DNA of 37,625 nt from IMG/VR virus record IMGVR_UViG_3300032092_000104, positions 1-37,625 of that record, one strand, 5' to 3'. Below the pieces are notes generated by a model that was given only the letters and a program-made list of their open reading frames with translations, was not told the origin of the DNA and made no database searches. Shown in pieces: positions 1-8,078 of this stretch. Source of the stretch: a virus (Duplodnaviria; Caudoviricetes). A program made the translations under genes and the position numbers. Position 1 is the stretch's first letter; every line of letters begins with the position of its first letter.

Positions 1-10
1 GCTGACTCGG

Positions 11-59
11 TTGCTTCGGGAGCAAGGGGTCGCGAGTTCGAATCTCGCCGCTCCGACCA
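11..59 (+). other. attP: attP core: 3' half of tRNA-Pro(CGG) (also seen at 37509..37557 in the overlap)
   Basis: TTGC-TTCGGGA-GCAA anticodon arm (CGG), GCGAG-TTCGAAT-CTCGC T-arm and CGCTCCG-A-CCA end. No D-arm or 5' acceptor strand upstream. Lies about 470 nt downstream of the tyrosine integrase on the circle. Confidence 0.9.
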
Positions 60-97
60 TTCAAATCAAGGCTTTAGGTTGCTAGGTGAGTTGGGCT

Positions 98-119
98 GCC
101 AACGAAATGGCCAACGATT
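98..119 (+). promoter_or_regulatory. Integrase arm-type sites, right arm (GCCAACGA x2)
   Basis: GCCAACGAAA at 98-107 and GCCAACGATT at 110-119; the same motif is present on the other side of the core. Confidence 0.7.
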
Positions 120-131
120 GGCCCTCCGTTG

Positions 132-401
132 TTAGTGGTTCTCGCCGGCCATCCTGCGCTTGTAGGCGTTGCTGCACTCGCGGTGCTGAGTTTCGCAGTG
201 GTCGCGAAGCGCTACGAGCGGGCGCAGGATCTGATCTCTCGCCGCCAGCTTGCGAGTGTGCCGCTCGTCAATCCGTTCGCTCATCACGTTCGCAATCTGC
301 GACCGCACTCGGATCAGCATGCTGGCGTACCCGTCAGCCGCGCCAAGGACGCGAATAGCCGTCTCACGTTCGGCTTGCGACAGGTCATGTTTCACGGCCA
401 C
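132..401 (-). CDS. Hypothetical protein (89 aa)
   Basis: ORF with a GAGGAG RBS, last gene of the minus-strand run before attP. Confidence 0.6.
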   Translation of the reverse strand: MAVKHDLSQAERETAIRVLGAADGYASMLIRVRSQIANVMSERIDERHTRKLAARDQILRPLVALRDHCETQHRECSNAYKRRMAGENH

Positions 402-412
402 GGCGGTCTCCT

Positions 413-610
413 CTAATGGTCCGTTTCAAGTGTCTCAATGATCTCGTCGGCCATCTCGGCCCACTGCTCATCAGTGTGCAGGTTTTCGCCCCAGGTCACG
501 CCGCGACGGGTGAGTGAGATACGGATAGCAATCGCCAGCTCGTCGCGGCGCGGCAGCTTCCAATCAAGCTCGAATTTTTCACCGATCCGTCGGCCGAGAT
601 GGTCGCGCAT
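413..610 (-). CDS. Hypothetical protein
   Basis: ATG at 610 preceded by AGGAGAG; co-oriented with its neighbours. Confidence 0.6.
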   Translation of the reverse strand: MRDHLGRRIGEKFELDWKLPRRDELAIAIRISLTRRGVTWGENLHTDEQWAEMADEIIETLETDH

Positions 611-634
611 GGCGTCTCTCCTCGGTTGCACGAA

Positions 635-1300
635 TTACGCAGCCAGCATGTTGCGGCTGCGGCTGTTGAGATCTTCCACGTCACGCTTCGCAATAGCTAC
701 GCGAGCAGCGAGGCCGACGTACTCCGCGAACGATGGCGGAATTGCCTCACGCAGCTTGTCGCGAGACATCCAGCCGATGTCCATAGCCTCACGCGCGAAC
801 GCTACATTCGAGAAGTTGCCGACCACTTGGATAAACTCCCCGTCACGGATCGGGCGCCCCATCTTCGCGTTGCGCGCCTCATGCTTAGGATGAGGCGGCT
901 GATCGATTGGGTATGAGCACTCGAACAGCCTGTGCCGGTACGTCTTGAGGCCGAACATGGTCCCGCACAATTCGATTGGCTCGATGAGAGGGGAGCCTGG
1001 GACGTTCTCGATGCACCAAAATGCGCCTGACGATTTCAATCGCTCGCGCGTCGGCGCAACGAGGTCGGGGTGGTCATTCTTCATGATCCGCTGGCATAGC
1101 GTGTACGCTTGGCACGGCGGGCTAGCCCAGATGAAGTCAAAGCCGCCTAGCGGGAACGTCATGGCGTCGGCCTGATGGAACTCGAACGGATACTGCGGTT
1201 GCGGATCGATATCGACACCAACCACGTCGAAGCCAGCGCGGCGCAGCCCCTCGGACGCACCGCCAGCGCAGCAGAACAGGTCCAAAGCTCTAAGCGCCAC
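635..1300 (-). CDS. DNA (cytosine-5) methyltransferase, orphan
   Basis: Motif I LDLFCCAGG, motif IV ASPPCQ, motif VI IENV and motif VIII-like RHRLF. Confidence 0.9.
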   Translation of the reverse strand: MALRALDLFCCAGGASEGLRRAGFDVVGVDIDPQPQYPFEFHQADAMTFPLGGFDFIWASPPCQAYTLCQRIMKNDHPDLVAPTRERLKSSGAFWCIENVPGSPLIEPIELCGTMFGLKTYRHRLFECSYPIDQPPHPKHEARNAKMGRPIRDGEFIQVVGNFSNVAFAREAMDIGWMSRDKLREAIPPSFAEYVGLAARVAIAKRDVEDLNSRSRNMLAA

Positions 1301-1310
1301 CCGATGCTCC

Positions 1311-2039
1311 TTAGTTTCGCTTCTTGCCTGGGGGCCGGCCTCGCCGGCTGATGCCCCACTGCGTTCTCAGCCCGCGCAGCGCCGGGTCGTTCTGGATAGT
1401 CGACGCCACCATATCGTGCATCTCGGCAATCTCGGTGATGGTGTAGCGCAGCTTTCCCGTGGCCGGGTCTTTCTCGCGAAGCTGCTTGCGGATCGTGGCT
1501 CGCAGCTTCGCGTTGATCTTCTTCTTCGCGCCAAACTTCTGGCCTGCTGCCTTCCGAGCGGCCATGCCGGCCTTGGTGCGCTCTGCGATCATCGCGCGCT
1601 CGAACTCAGCAACGGCTGCCAGTACGTTCAGGATCAAAGGACCAACGATCGGCCGCCCTGTATCGATGCCGTCCATTGTCTGCACGCTGGCACCAGCGTC
1701 GGCCAGATCATAGGCGATGTTGACCACGTCCCGCATCGAGCGGCCGAGCCGGTCGAGCTTCCACACGCGCAACACCCAGCCCGGCCGGGTCGCCATCTTC
1801 AACGCACGCTCGCGCTCGGGAAGCCGCCGCGCGGCACCGCTGACCTTCTCCGAGAAGATCATGTTGCGCGGTATGCCAGATTTTTCTAGCGCCGTGATTT
1901 GCATCTTCAGGTCTTGGTCCTCGGTCGAGACGCGGGCGTATCCCACTACCTCGCCTTGGGTCTGCTCCGGTGACTTCACTGTGCCATAAGCTTTCGGCTG
2001 TGGATAATTCGTCCGAACGTTTCGCAACCTTTTTTGCAC
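1311..2039 (-). CDS. Small serine recombinase (resolvase/invertase family) with C-terminal HTH; true start possibly GTG at 1979
   Basis: GYARVSTEDQ catalytic motif, VWKLDRLGRS, AEFERAMIAERTKAG, C-terminal HTH-like segment and RRGRPP. Confidence 0.93.
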   Translation of the reverse strand: MQKRLRNVRTNYPQPKAYGTVKSPEQTQGEVVGYARVSTEDQDLKMQITALEKSGIPRNMIFSEKVSGAARRLPERERALKMATRPGWVLRVWKLDRLGRSMRDVVNIAYDLADAGASVQTMDGIDTGRPIVGPLILNVLAAVAEFERAMIAERTKAGMAARKAAGQKFGAKKKINAKLRATIRKQLREKDPATGKLRYTITEIAEMHDMVASTIQNDPALRGLRTQWGISRRGRPPGKKRN

Positions 2040-2047
2040 GAATTATG

Positions 2048-2076
2048 TTGACGGTCAATCGGTGATTTGCTATCTA
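2048..2076 (+). promoter_or_regulatory. Sigma70-type promoter for the plus-strand moron genes
   Basis: TTGACG-N17-TATCTA upstream of the GGAG/ATG at 2125. Confidence 0.6.
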
Positions 2077-2124
2077 TCCACCATCAGACCGGCGCCTCGC
2101 GGAATCAGGGGCGGAGACAAGACC

Positions 2125-2412
2125 ATGACGAACCACCCGAACCGCGCCAGTGCAAACCGCATCAAGTGGCGCCGCGAGAATTCAGGCTCGCTGACGGCCG
2201 TGTGGCCGAACGGCGACGAATGGACATTCAGCCGCCCAGGCGGTGGCTACGTCTACTGCGATTTTGGTAGTGCACGCCGCAGCGGAACGCTTGGCCGGCA
2301 GATTTGCCACGGTGGCGGAACGCGCGGCAGCACCATTAGTGCGAGCGACCCTGTCGCCTTCGAAAAGGCAATCAAGAAGTGGCTGGCGGATTACCGCCGC
2401 CACGACGCATAA
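2125..2412 (+). CDS. Hypothetical protein (MTNHPNR N-terminus), moron-like
   Basis: GGAG RBS, ATG at 2125, own promoter, opposite strand to the flanking genes. Confidence 0.7.
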   Translation: MTNHPNRASANRIKWRRENSGSLTAVWPNGDEWTFSRPGGGYVYCDFGSARRSGTLGRQICHGGGTRGSTISASDPVAFEKAIKKWLADYRRHDA

Positions 2413-2434
2413 AGCACCAACGGAGGCCGGACGG

Positions 2435-2641
2435 ATGTCAGCCGAAACTCAAGTTTTGTTACTCGGCGGACACTCAGTGTCGACAGTTACGCCTCAACTG
2501 CGCTGGCTCGGTAGCCGGACCACGACAACAAGCCCGCCCCGGTTGCAACAGGCCTGGCAGGTCCTACGTCTCGACGACAAAGGCATCGCAGTTGAGAGCG
2601 TAATCGAGTGGCGGGATGTTCCGCTGCACTTGGAAGACTAG
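2435..2641 (+). CDS. Hypothetical protein (68 aa)
   Basis: GGAGG RBS before ATG 2435; follows 2125..2412. Confidence 0.55.
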   Translation: MSAETQVLLLGGHSVSTVTPQLRWLGSRTTTTSPPRLQQAWQVLRLDDKGIAVESVIEWRDVPLHLED

Positions 2642-2651
2642 AAAGGGCCAG

Positions 2652-2750
2652 TCACCAGTGCATCACGACCCACCACGCATTGCGGGCGATTCCAATCAGG
2701 CAAGCTGCTATCGCAATGGCAAGCAGCGCGTGGCAAACCCGCACGCTCAT
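2652..2750 (-). CDS. Small membrane peptide (32 aa, MSVRVCHALLAIAIAACLIGIARNAWWVVMHW)
   Basis: ATGA overlap with the stop of 2747..2965; a single hydrophobic helix. Confidence 0.5.
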   Translation of the reverse strand: MSVRVCHALLAIAIAACLIGIARNAWWVVMHW

Positions 2751-2965
2751 CGAAGGGCCTTGAGGAAGGCTGCCAGGGCCTCGCCCGTCTTGTCCGGCGA
2801 GTAATTGAGCAGCAGACCACCCAGGATCGACAGGCCCAGCAGCACCAGCCGTTGCGCCCACGAGAGAGCCGAATCCACCTTGTGGGTGAGGTCGTCCACC
2901 TTGCGATTGGTCTCGCTCACGTCGCTTGCGATCCGCCCAATCTGATATGACAGCCAATCGCTCAT
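2747..2965 (-). CDS. Putative holin-like membrane protein (coiled coil plus TM helix)
   Basis: N-terminal heptad region followed by LVLLGLSILGGLLL; located in the lysis cassette. Confidence 0.5.
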   Translation of the reverse strand: MSDWLSYQIGRIASDVSETNRKVDDLTHKVDSALSWAQRLVLLGLSILGGLLLNYSPDKTGEALAAFLKALR

Positions 2966-3177
2966 CCATTTGAGCGCTCCGACGCCGGGCAGATGGCCTC
3001 ATAGGCCCGGTTGTGGCCGATGATCTGCCTTTTCGTCTCGTCTGTGTCGCGCTTGCTCATGGCGATGGGCTGGAACGCTTTGCAGCTTGCATCAGCAGTC
3101 ACGGCACCATTTGTCGCGCAACCGGTCAGAAGGCAGCTTGTCAGCGCTGCGGCGAGCAGCATCGGCTTTCTTGGCAT
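2962..3177 (-). CDS. o-spanin (Rz1-like) lipoprotein
   Basis: MPRKPMLLAAALTSCLLTGC signal with a lipobox; overlaps the 3' half of the i-spanin in another frame. Confidence 0.75.
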   Translation of the reverse strand: MPRKPMLLAAALTSCLLTGCATNGAVTADASCKAFQPIAMSKRDTDETKRQIIGHNRAYEAICPASERSNG

Positions 3178-3322
3178 TCTGGTTGCTCTTCGCTTCGACG
3201 CGCGCACGCTCCTCTGTAACCGCCTTACTTTTGATGGACGCCACCCAGCCGACGACGGCAGAGACGGCAATCGCGACGACTGCGAGTTGACCTGTCATGG
3301 TGCGAAAGAAGGTCGTGATCAT
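3092..3322 (-). CDS. i-spanin (Rz-like)
   Basis: N-terminal TM helix, charged helical periplasmic part and C-terminal WCRDC; overlapped by the lipoprotein ORF. Confidence 0.72.
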   Translation of the reverse strand: MITTFFRTMTGQLAVVAIAVSAVVGWVASIKSKAVTEERARVEAKSNQNAKKADAARRSADKLPSDRLRDKWCRDC

Positions 3323-5079
3323 GCTGCATCATCCGGGATGGTGGGCTTAGACGGCTTCAAAAGCTCTTGAGCCATGCCGCCAGCGCCGAGCATGCCTAGG
3401 AGGCCGTACTTTTTGAGAATCTCGATCAGGTTGGCGTCAAACACGACGTAGTTGCGGCTGCCCTCGCCAGCAGAACGAGAGCCTTGGTCTAGGTACTTGA
3501 TGCCGGGAATGCCGGCGTCGCGGAACACTGCTGAAATTTCAGGATCGTACTGAGACATCCCGCTGCGCGGCCACGTGCCGCTTCTACTGGTAAGAATTTC
3601 CACCGGCAGGTCAGACCCACGCCAGGGGCCCAAGTCTGGGTAAATCGGCTGACGTTGCAACGCTTGCGCTTCAGGGATACTGTTAAGCGCCGCCCTCACC
3701 TTCTCGCTCTGCTGGCTCAGCGGCATGTCCCAATCTAGGAACTCGTCAGGGTTGGCCTTGATGTTCACCTCGTACATGCGGCCGTCAGGCTTCCCGCCAC
3801 TTCGCACGATGTCAATTGCAGGCTCGTAGAACTCGCGGATTGCCTTCTCGCCTTCTGGGCCCCTTTTGCGCAGGTGCGCGATAGTTTGCTGAATAAACTC
3901 AATGGCGGCTTCCGGTGTCGCGCTTGTGCTCATAGCCTGCCGCGCTACAACGTCGGCTCCACTTTGCCCCCTGGCCATGCCAAGAAGCGGCTGCTTGTAG
4001 GATTGCGCAACGGCTTCATTCTCCGCAAAATACAGCCCATGGCCATACGCCTGTGCGCCTTCTCCCGTGCCGATCTTGCTTGTATCGAACTTGTCGAAGT
4101 CATGCGGGGAGCCGTGATAGGCGCGGATGCCTTGGCGCTCGCTCGCGCCACTCAGCCCAGCCCCTAGAGCAGCGCCGGGGCGGGCGTTGGCGTAGAGGAG
4201 GTCGCCGGTAAGAGGGCTGTAAACGGTGCCGCGTTGCAGCGGCTTATACGTCGTCGACAACGACCCGCCGCGCCCGTCCTGCAAATCATCGACATTGCGG
4301 ACCACAAGCCCATCATGGCCGCGCTCTTGAGCTGCTCGCGCTAAATCGTCTGTCTCATACACAATATGCCTATTTTTATCAGTCAAAACGGGCAATTCGT
4401 TCCACAATCTCCCCTTAGCGTCGAACTCCATCGGATTGCGGAACCTGTATTCAACGGGAACCATCATAGCGCCGTTGGCAGTGTAGCCGGTTGCGCTGCT
4501 GGTGTATGTGCCGGCTACGTCGCGATTGCTCGAGCCCCACGGGCCTTCGTACGAACGGTCTGCAGTGCCATGCGTCAAAAACCAGTTGTCGCGTCCGCCG
4601 TGCCATGCCTGCTCCGTGATAGGGTTCACTGACCCTGCAGAAATGCGGTTAAATGCCTGCCGTTCAGCCTTTTTCAGCACGTCGCGTGGTGTTGCATAAT
4701 TTATTTCGGGTTGCGACATCGATGTCGGCAGAACCGTTGTTGATGGGGTAACTCTCGGCCGTGCCGCTGCCAGCCCTCCCACCATGGCCGCGCCTGCGAT
4801 GTCGAAACCGGCTTCATTGAACTCGGGCGTGCCGGGCGTGATCTCGCCTCTGAGCACCTGCGCCATTTTCTCAACTGGCGTGGCGATCAGTCCAGGCCAT
4901 GCAGGGCCGGTCTGCCCGTTGGCATAGGTGGCAAGCGGGAAAAGGCCCGCGCGCTCGGTGACAGCGGCGTCCTGCGGTGTTTCCCGGTCGTACTGGTACG
5001 CCATCAGGGCATTGCCGATGCGGCGTCGGCGCTCTGGGTCCATCCGTGCGGCGAGCAGGCCGTTGACGGGGTCAGCCAT
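3319..5079 (-). CDS. Polyvalent-type protein with two tandem ADP-ribosyltransferase-like (ART-PolyVal-like) domains
   Basis: Domain 2: AYHGSPHDFDKFD..GTGEGAQAYGHGLYFAE..A..Y..GRMYEV..LDWD..GIPGIKY..NYVVFD. Domain 1: AWHGG..GPWGSSNRDVAGTY..PVEYRFRNP..GHDGLVVRNVDD. Confidence 0.75.
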   Translation of the reverse strand: MADPVNGLLAARMDPERRRRIGNALMAYQYDRETPQDAAVTERAGLFPLATYANGQTGPAWPGLIATPVEKMAQVLRGEITPGTPEFNEAGFDIAGAAMVGGLAAARPRVTPSTTVLPTSMSQPEINYATPRDVLKKAERQAFNRISAGSVNPITEQAWHGGRDNWFLTHGTADRSYEGPWGSSNRDVAGTYTSSATGYTANGAMMVPVEYRFRNPMEFDAKGRLWNELPVLTDKNRHIVYETDDLARAAQERGHDGLVVRNVDDLQDGRGGSLSTTYKPLQRGTVYSPLTGDLLYANARPGAALGAGLSGASERQGIRAYHGSPHDFDKFDTSKIGTGEGAQAYGHGLYFAENEAVAQSYKQPLLGMARGQSGADVVARQAMSTSATPEAAIEFIQQTIAHLRKRGPEGEKAIREFYEPAIDIVRSGGKPDGRMYEVNIKANPDEFLDWDMPLSQQSEKVRAALNSIPEAQALQRQPIYPDLGPWRGSDLPVEILTSRSGTWPRSGMSQYDPEISAVFRDAGIPGIKYLDQGSRSAGEGSRNYVVFDANLIEILKKYGLLGMLGAGGMAQELLKPSKPTIPDDAA

Positions 5080-5923
5080 TCTTGCGGCTCCAGTAGAAGA
5101 ACGCCAGCACAGCCACAGCGATCAGCAGCGGAACGCCCCACGTCACCAGATCAACGCCGGCAAGCAGGGCAGAGGCATTCGATTTGACCGCGACTGCCGT
5201 GCTCGTGACGCCAGCAGGATCGGCCAGCAGAGCACCACCGCTGATGATGCCAGCGCCACCGACAGCGGCAGCGCCGGTAGGCACGGCGGGCTCCGATGCG
5301 CTGGCGTTGCTGGCTGGGCTCGGCTGCTCAGGATCGGGCGTCGCCGCGAACATCGAGACAATCTGCACGTCGGGGCATTTGTCCGCGATCGCTTTGAGCA
5401 GGGGCATTCCACCCGATTGCGTGCTGACCGCAGTAGAGCTCCACTTGCCATCGGCCACGTACTTGCCTCGGGCGTAGTGGTTCGACCCGCTCCACAGGTA
5501 CGGGCTGAGGATCTTGCGATACCGGCGATAGCCCCAACCGTTGTAGTTCTCCAGCGCCCAGGCGATGCGTTCGACCGGCCAAGCGGGGATCTTGTCGTAG
5601 GACTTCATGCAAAGCGCGTCCTGGCAGCTCTGCTCGAATGTGAAGGGGGCATGCCCCAAGGGTCGCCCGGCGGGAACGAGCCTTGTTTTCGCCGTCAGCG
5701 GGTCGCCGTTGTGCAGGTGCCGATCAAAGCGCAGGCCCGTCTCGAGCGAATGAATGATCCCAACGACAAACCACGGCACGCCGGTTGTGGCCTGAATGGC
5801 CTCATAGCGGGAGCGGTTCTCGATGATGCGGTCGGCCGTGCGCTCGATGGACCTGTGAAGCCGTGTCACCTCCATGTTGTCCCAGAGCGTGGCGTATTCG
5901 CGGGCGAGTGTGTCGAACCTCAT
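5072..5923 (-). CDS. Endolysin (lysozyme-family) with C-terminal membrane anchor
   Basis: GVPWFVVGIIHSLE, HLHNGDPL, ENYNGWGY, SPYLWSGSNHY..GKYVADG; Pro/Ala linker followed by a hydrophobic C-terminus. Confidence 0.85.
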   Translation of the reverse strand: MRFDTLAREYATLWDNMEVTRLHRSIERTADRIIENRSRYEAIQATTGVPWFVVGIIHSLETGLRFDRHLHNGDPLTAKTRLVPAGRPLGHAPFTFEQSCQDALCMKSYDKIPAWPVERIAWALENYNGWGYRRYRKILSPYLWSGSNHYARGKYVADGKWSSTAVSTQSGGMPLLKAIADKCPDVQIVSMFAATPDPEQPSPASNASASEPAVPTGAAAVGGAGIISGGALLADPAGVTSTAVAVKSNASALLAGVDLVTWGVPLLIAVAVLAFFYWSRKNG

Positions 5924-6150
5924 GCCGCCCCCTTGAGCAACCGCTTGTCGATCTCGATGGACTCAATGGCCGCTAGCCGCTGCTTCGCGTCGATCAGCTC
6001 GAGGTTGATCCGCGCGACTTGCTGGGCCATGTCGGTGATGAGGTCGACGACATCAGCGGGCAGCGTCTCGGCGCGCACCTCGGTCGTGCGCTCGTGGCGG
6101 ACTTCGCGGTGCTTCTGGCGCCAATCCCTCGATGCTACGGGTTCGGCCAT
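5920..6150 (-). CDS. Hypothetical coiled-coil protein
   Basis: Translationally coupled between the tail module and the endolysin. Confidence 0.65.
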   Translation of the reverse strand: MAEPVASRDWRQKHREVRHERTTEVRAETLPADVVDLITDMAQQVARINLELIDAKQRLAAIESIEIDKRLLKGAA

Positions 6151-6677
6151 GTGATCGCCCCATATGCAGCGACAACCGCCGCCTGATCGGACGCATCACT
6201 GATCGCCTTCTTACCGAGCAAACGCGCGCGCTCGATGGCACCGGAGAGTTGTGCAAACTGCTCGTATTTCTGGATCACCAGCAGGGCGCAGCCCCACAGC
6301 GTCGGCGCCTCGATGCCGACCGATGCGGCCAGCGTCGGGAACTGAGACGTGCGCTGTTCTGGCGTCAGCGCGTTGGCCGCCGCTTCTCCCATCGCCTCCA
6401 CAGCCTGTGCCTGCTGATGCTTCTCGGTGTAGGTCATCGCCATGCCAGCGCCCGGCGTGATGTAGCGCAGACGGATGCGCTCCGCTTCCTCTTCCACCCG
6501 GTTGCGATAGATCGTTTTCACCCGGTCGATCGGCCACGTCTCGACGTGCCATTCCTGCACAATCGCGTCGGCCGTCTCGGTGTACGTCGCCACCGCGTTC
6601 TGATAGCGCGGATCGTAGGGAGGAGGCGGTGTCTCGATCTGCGGCTTTACGGTCGGGACTTCTGGTGTCTCGCTCAT
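6135..6677 (-). CDS. Putative tail fibre assembly/chaperone protein
   Basis: Directly downstream of a tail fibre; PPPYDPRYQ..QEWHV and a helical C-terminus ending ITWP, typical of fibre-associated proteins. Confidence 0.6.
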   Translation of the reverse strand: MSETPEVPTVKPQIETPPPPYDPRYQNAVATYTETADAIVQEWHVETWPIDRVKTIYRNRVEEEAERIRLRYITPGAGMAMTYTEKHQQAQAVEAMGEAAANALTPEQRTSQFPTLAASVGIEAPTLWGCALLVIQKYEQFAQLSGAIERARLLGKKAISDASDQAAVVAAYGAITWPNP

Positions 6678-6686
6678 CGTCGGTCC

Positions 6687-8069
6687 TTAAGCAATAATCG
6701 CGCGATCTGTGACGCGGCGCCAATTGGTGCCATCCGAAAACGCGAGCACGGCGCCGCCGGTTTCGTTGCTCACGTAAATGATGCCGGCCGCAGTCGCGGC
6801 AGACGGCGCACCAGCTACCGTGTAGCTCGGCACGTAGGGCACGCCGCTCGTGATCGTCAGGCCCGTCGTCTGCGTTTGAGCGCCTGTGCCAGACGCGACA
6901 GTCACGGGCGAACGCAGGATCAGCGAGGCTGCCGTTCCCGTGCCCGTGCCCGTGCCGGCCTGAATCGTGAGGTTGCCGCCGCCGACGTTGGTATCAGTGC
7001 CAGAGCGAGAGCCCTGGGCGCGGAGCGTCTGAGCGACCGGAGACGCTGTATCGGTGGCGCCGAATTGAAGCGTTGCGGCTGCTGGAGATGTAAGAATTGT
7101 ATTTCCTAAACCGGTCCAGGAAAGTGTGGCCCCACTTACTGTTAAGTTGACGTTTGACCCAAATCTCCAGCCTGTGGAAGTCGACCATGAGAGCACACTT
7201 ACAGCGTTCCGCTGAATGTCGATTGCGTTGCCAGTAAAACCAGTGGGAAAGTTGATTCCCAGAACCGTGCCGCTCGTGCTCCATGCGTTGCTTGTCGCGC
7301 CGCCGTGCTCCAGTAAGACGAGCGGTTTGGTCGTTGTCGCCGTGCCCCCGCTTATTGGAGTGCCATTAACGGCGATGGTAGGCGCATCGAGCGCACCGTT
7401 CTTGGTCGCGATGATCCGCCCCGGCGTGGTCATCACATCGCTATCGTCGATGTCAATGCCGGATGCCTGCACCCCCTTGCCGGTGCCGTCCGAACGGATC
7501 AGACGGTTATCCGTTGCAAATGCCGAGGCTGCCGTCACGTCGCCGGCCGCGCCGCTTGCCGATAGCGTCGTCCCTGTAATCGACAACCCCGACCCGACCT
7601 CAAGCCACGTCACAGCGCTGGCGCTGTCGTCCCAGAACATAATTCGATCGGCATTCGGATCTGTCAGGCTCGCGCCCGTGCCGCCATCGGCGAGGGCAAC
7701 ATCCACACCGCCGGCCCGATAGACTGCGTTGCCCTCGATGGTGATATCGCCCGCACCAGACCGCGCAAGGGTAGTATCCGTTGCGTGCCCCAGCTCTATC
7801 GTTGTCGCCGACAGTGCAGCGATACCCGACATGTTGGCGCTATCGTCGAGCGTGACGCTGGCACCCTGAATTTTCTTTGTGTCGGTCCCATCCGTGCGCA
7901 CGAGGCGATTGTCGGTCGCGCCAAGCCCTGCGGTATAGGTGCTTTCGTTAACCGCCGTTTCAATATCGTCCATCACCGCGTTGAAGTCGGTAGGACTGAT
8001 TACCGTGTCCGCCACGGCTGGCGAAACGGAATTAGACGGGAGCGTATAAGTGCCGGCGCTGCGCGACAT
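6687..8069 (-). CDS. Tail fibre/receptor-binding protein 2
   Basis: G/T/S/A-rich; VALADGGTGAS and repeated ATDNRL.R.DG motifs; C-terminal LAFSDGTNWRRV; N-terminal anchor similar to 8079..9068. Confidence 0.8.
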   Translation of the reverse strand: MSRSAGTYTLPSNSVSPAVADTVISPTDFNAVMDDIETAVNESTYTAGLGATDNRLVRTDGTDTKKIQGASVTLDDSANMSGIAALSATTIELGHATDTTLARSGAGDITIEGNAVYRAGGVDVALADGGTGASLTDPNADRIMFWDDSASAVTWLEVGSGLSITGTTLSASGAAGDVTAASAFATDNRLIRSDGTGKGVQASGIDIDDSDVMTTPGRIIATKNGALDAPTIAVNGTPISGGTATTTKPLVLLEHGGATSNAWSTSGTVLGINFPTGFTGNAIDIQRNAVSVLSWSTSTGWRFGSNVNLTVSGATLSWTGLGNTILTSPAAATLQFGATDTASPVAQTLRAQGSRSGTDTNVGGGNLTIQAGTGTGTGTAASLILRSPVTVASGTGAQTQTTGLTITSGVPYVPSYTVAGAPSAATAAGIIYVSNETGGAVLAFSDGTNWRRVTDRAIIA

Positions 8070-8078
8070 CGCTTGACC

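Larger units (their letters stand above)
1..127. repeat. Terminal direct repeat copy 1 (circular contig overlap)
   Basis: 1..127 is identical to 37499..37625; 127 nt matches a common assembler k-mer size. Confidence 0.95.

Noticed and set aside
1-59. Functional tRNA-Pro gene
   Set aside because: Only the anticodon arm, T-arm and 3' end are present; the upstream sequence cannot form the D-arm or 5' acceptor strand.
1-127. 127-nt terminal repeat as biological DTR or attL/attR pair
   Set aside because: The exact 127-nt identity extends beyond the tRNA core on both sides and no host DNA flanks it; this is best explained as an assembly overlap of a circle.
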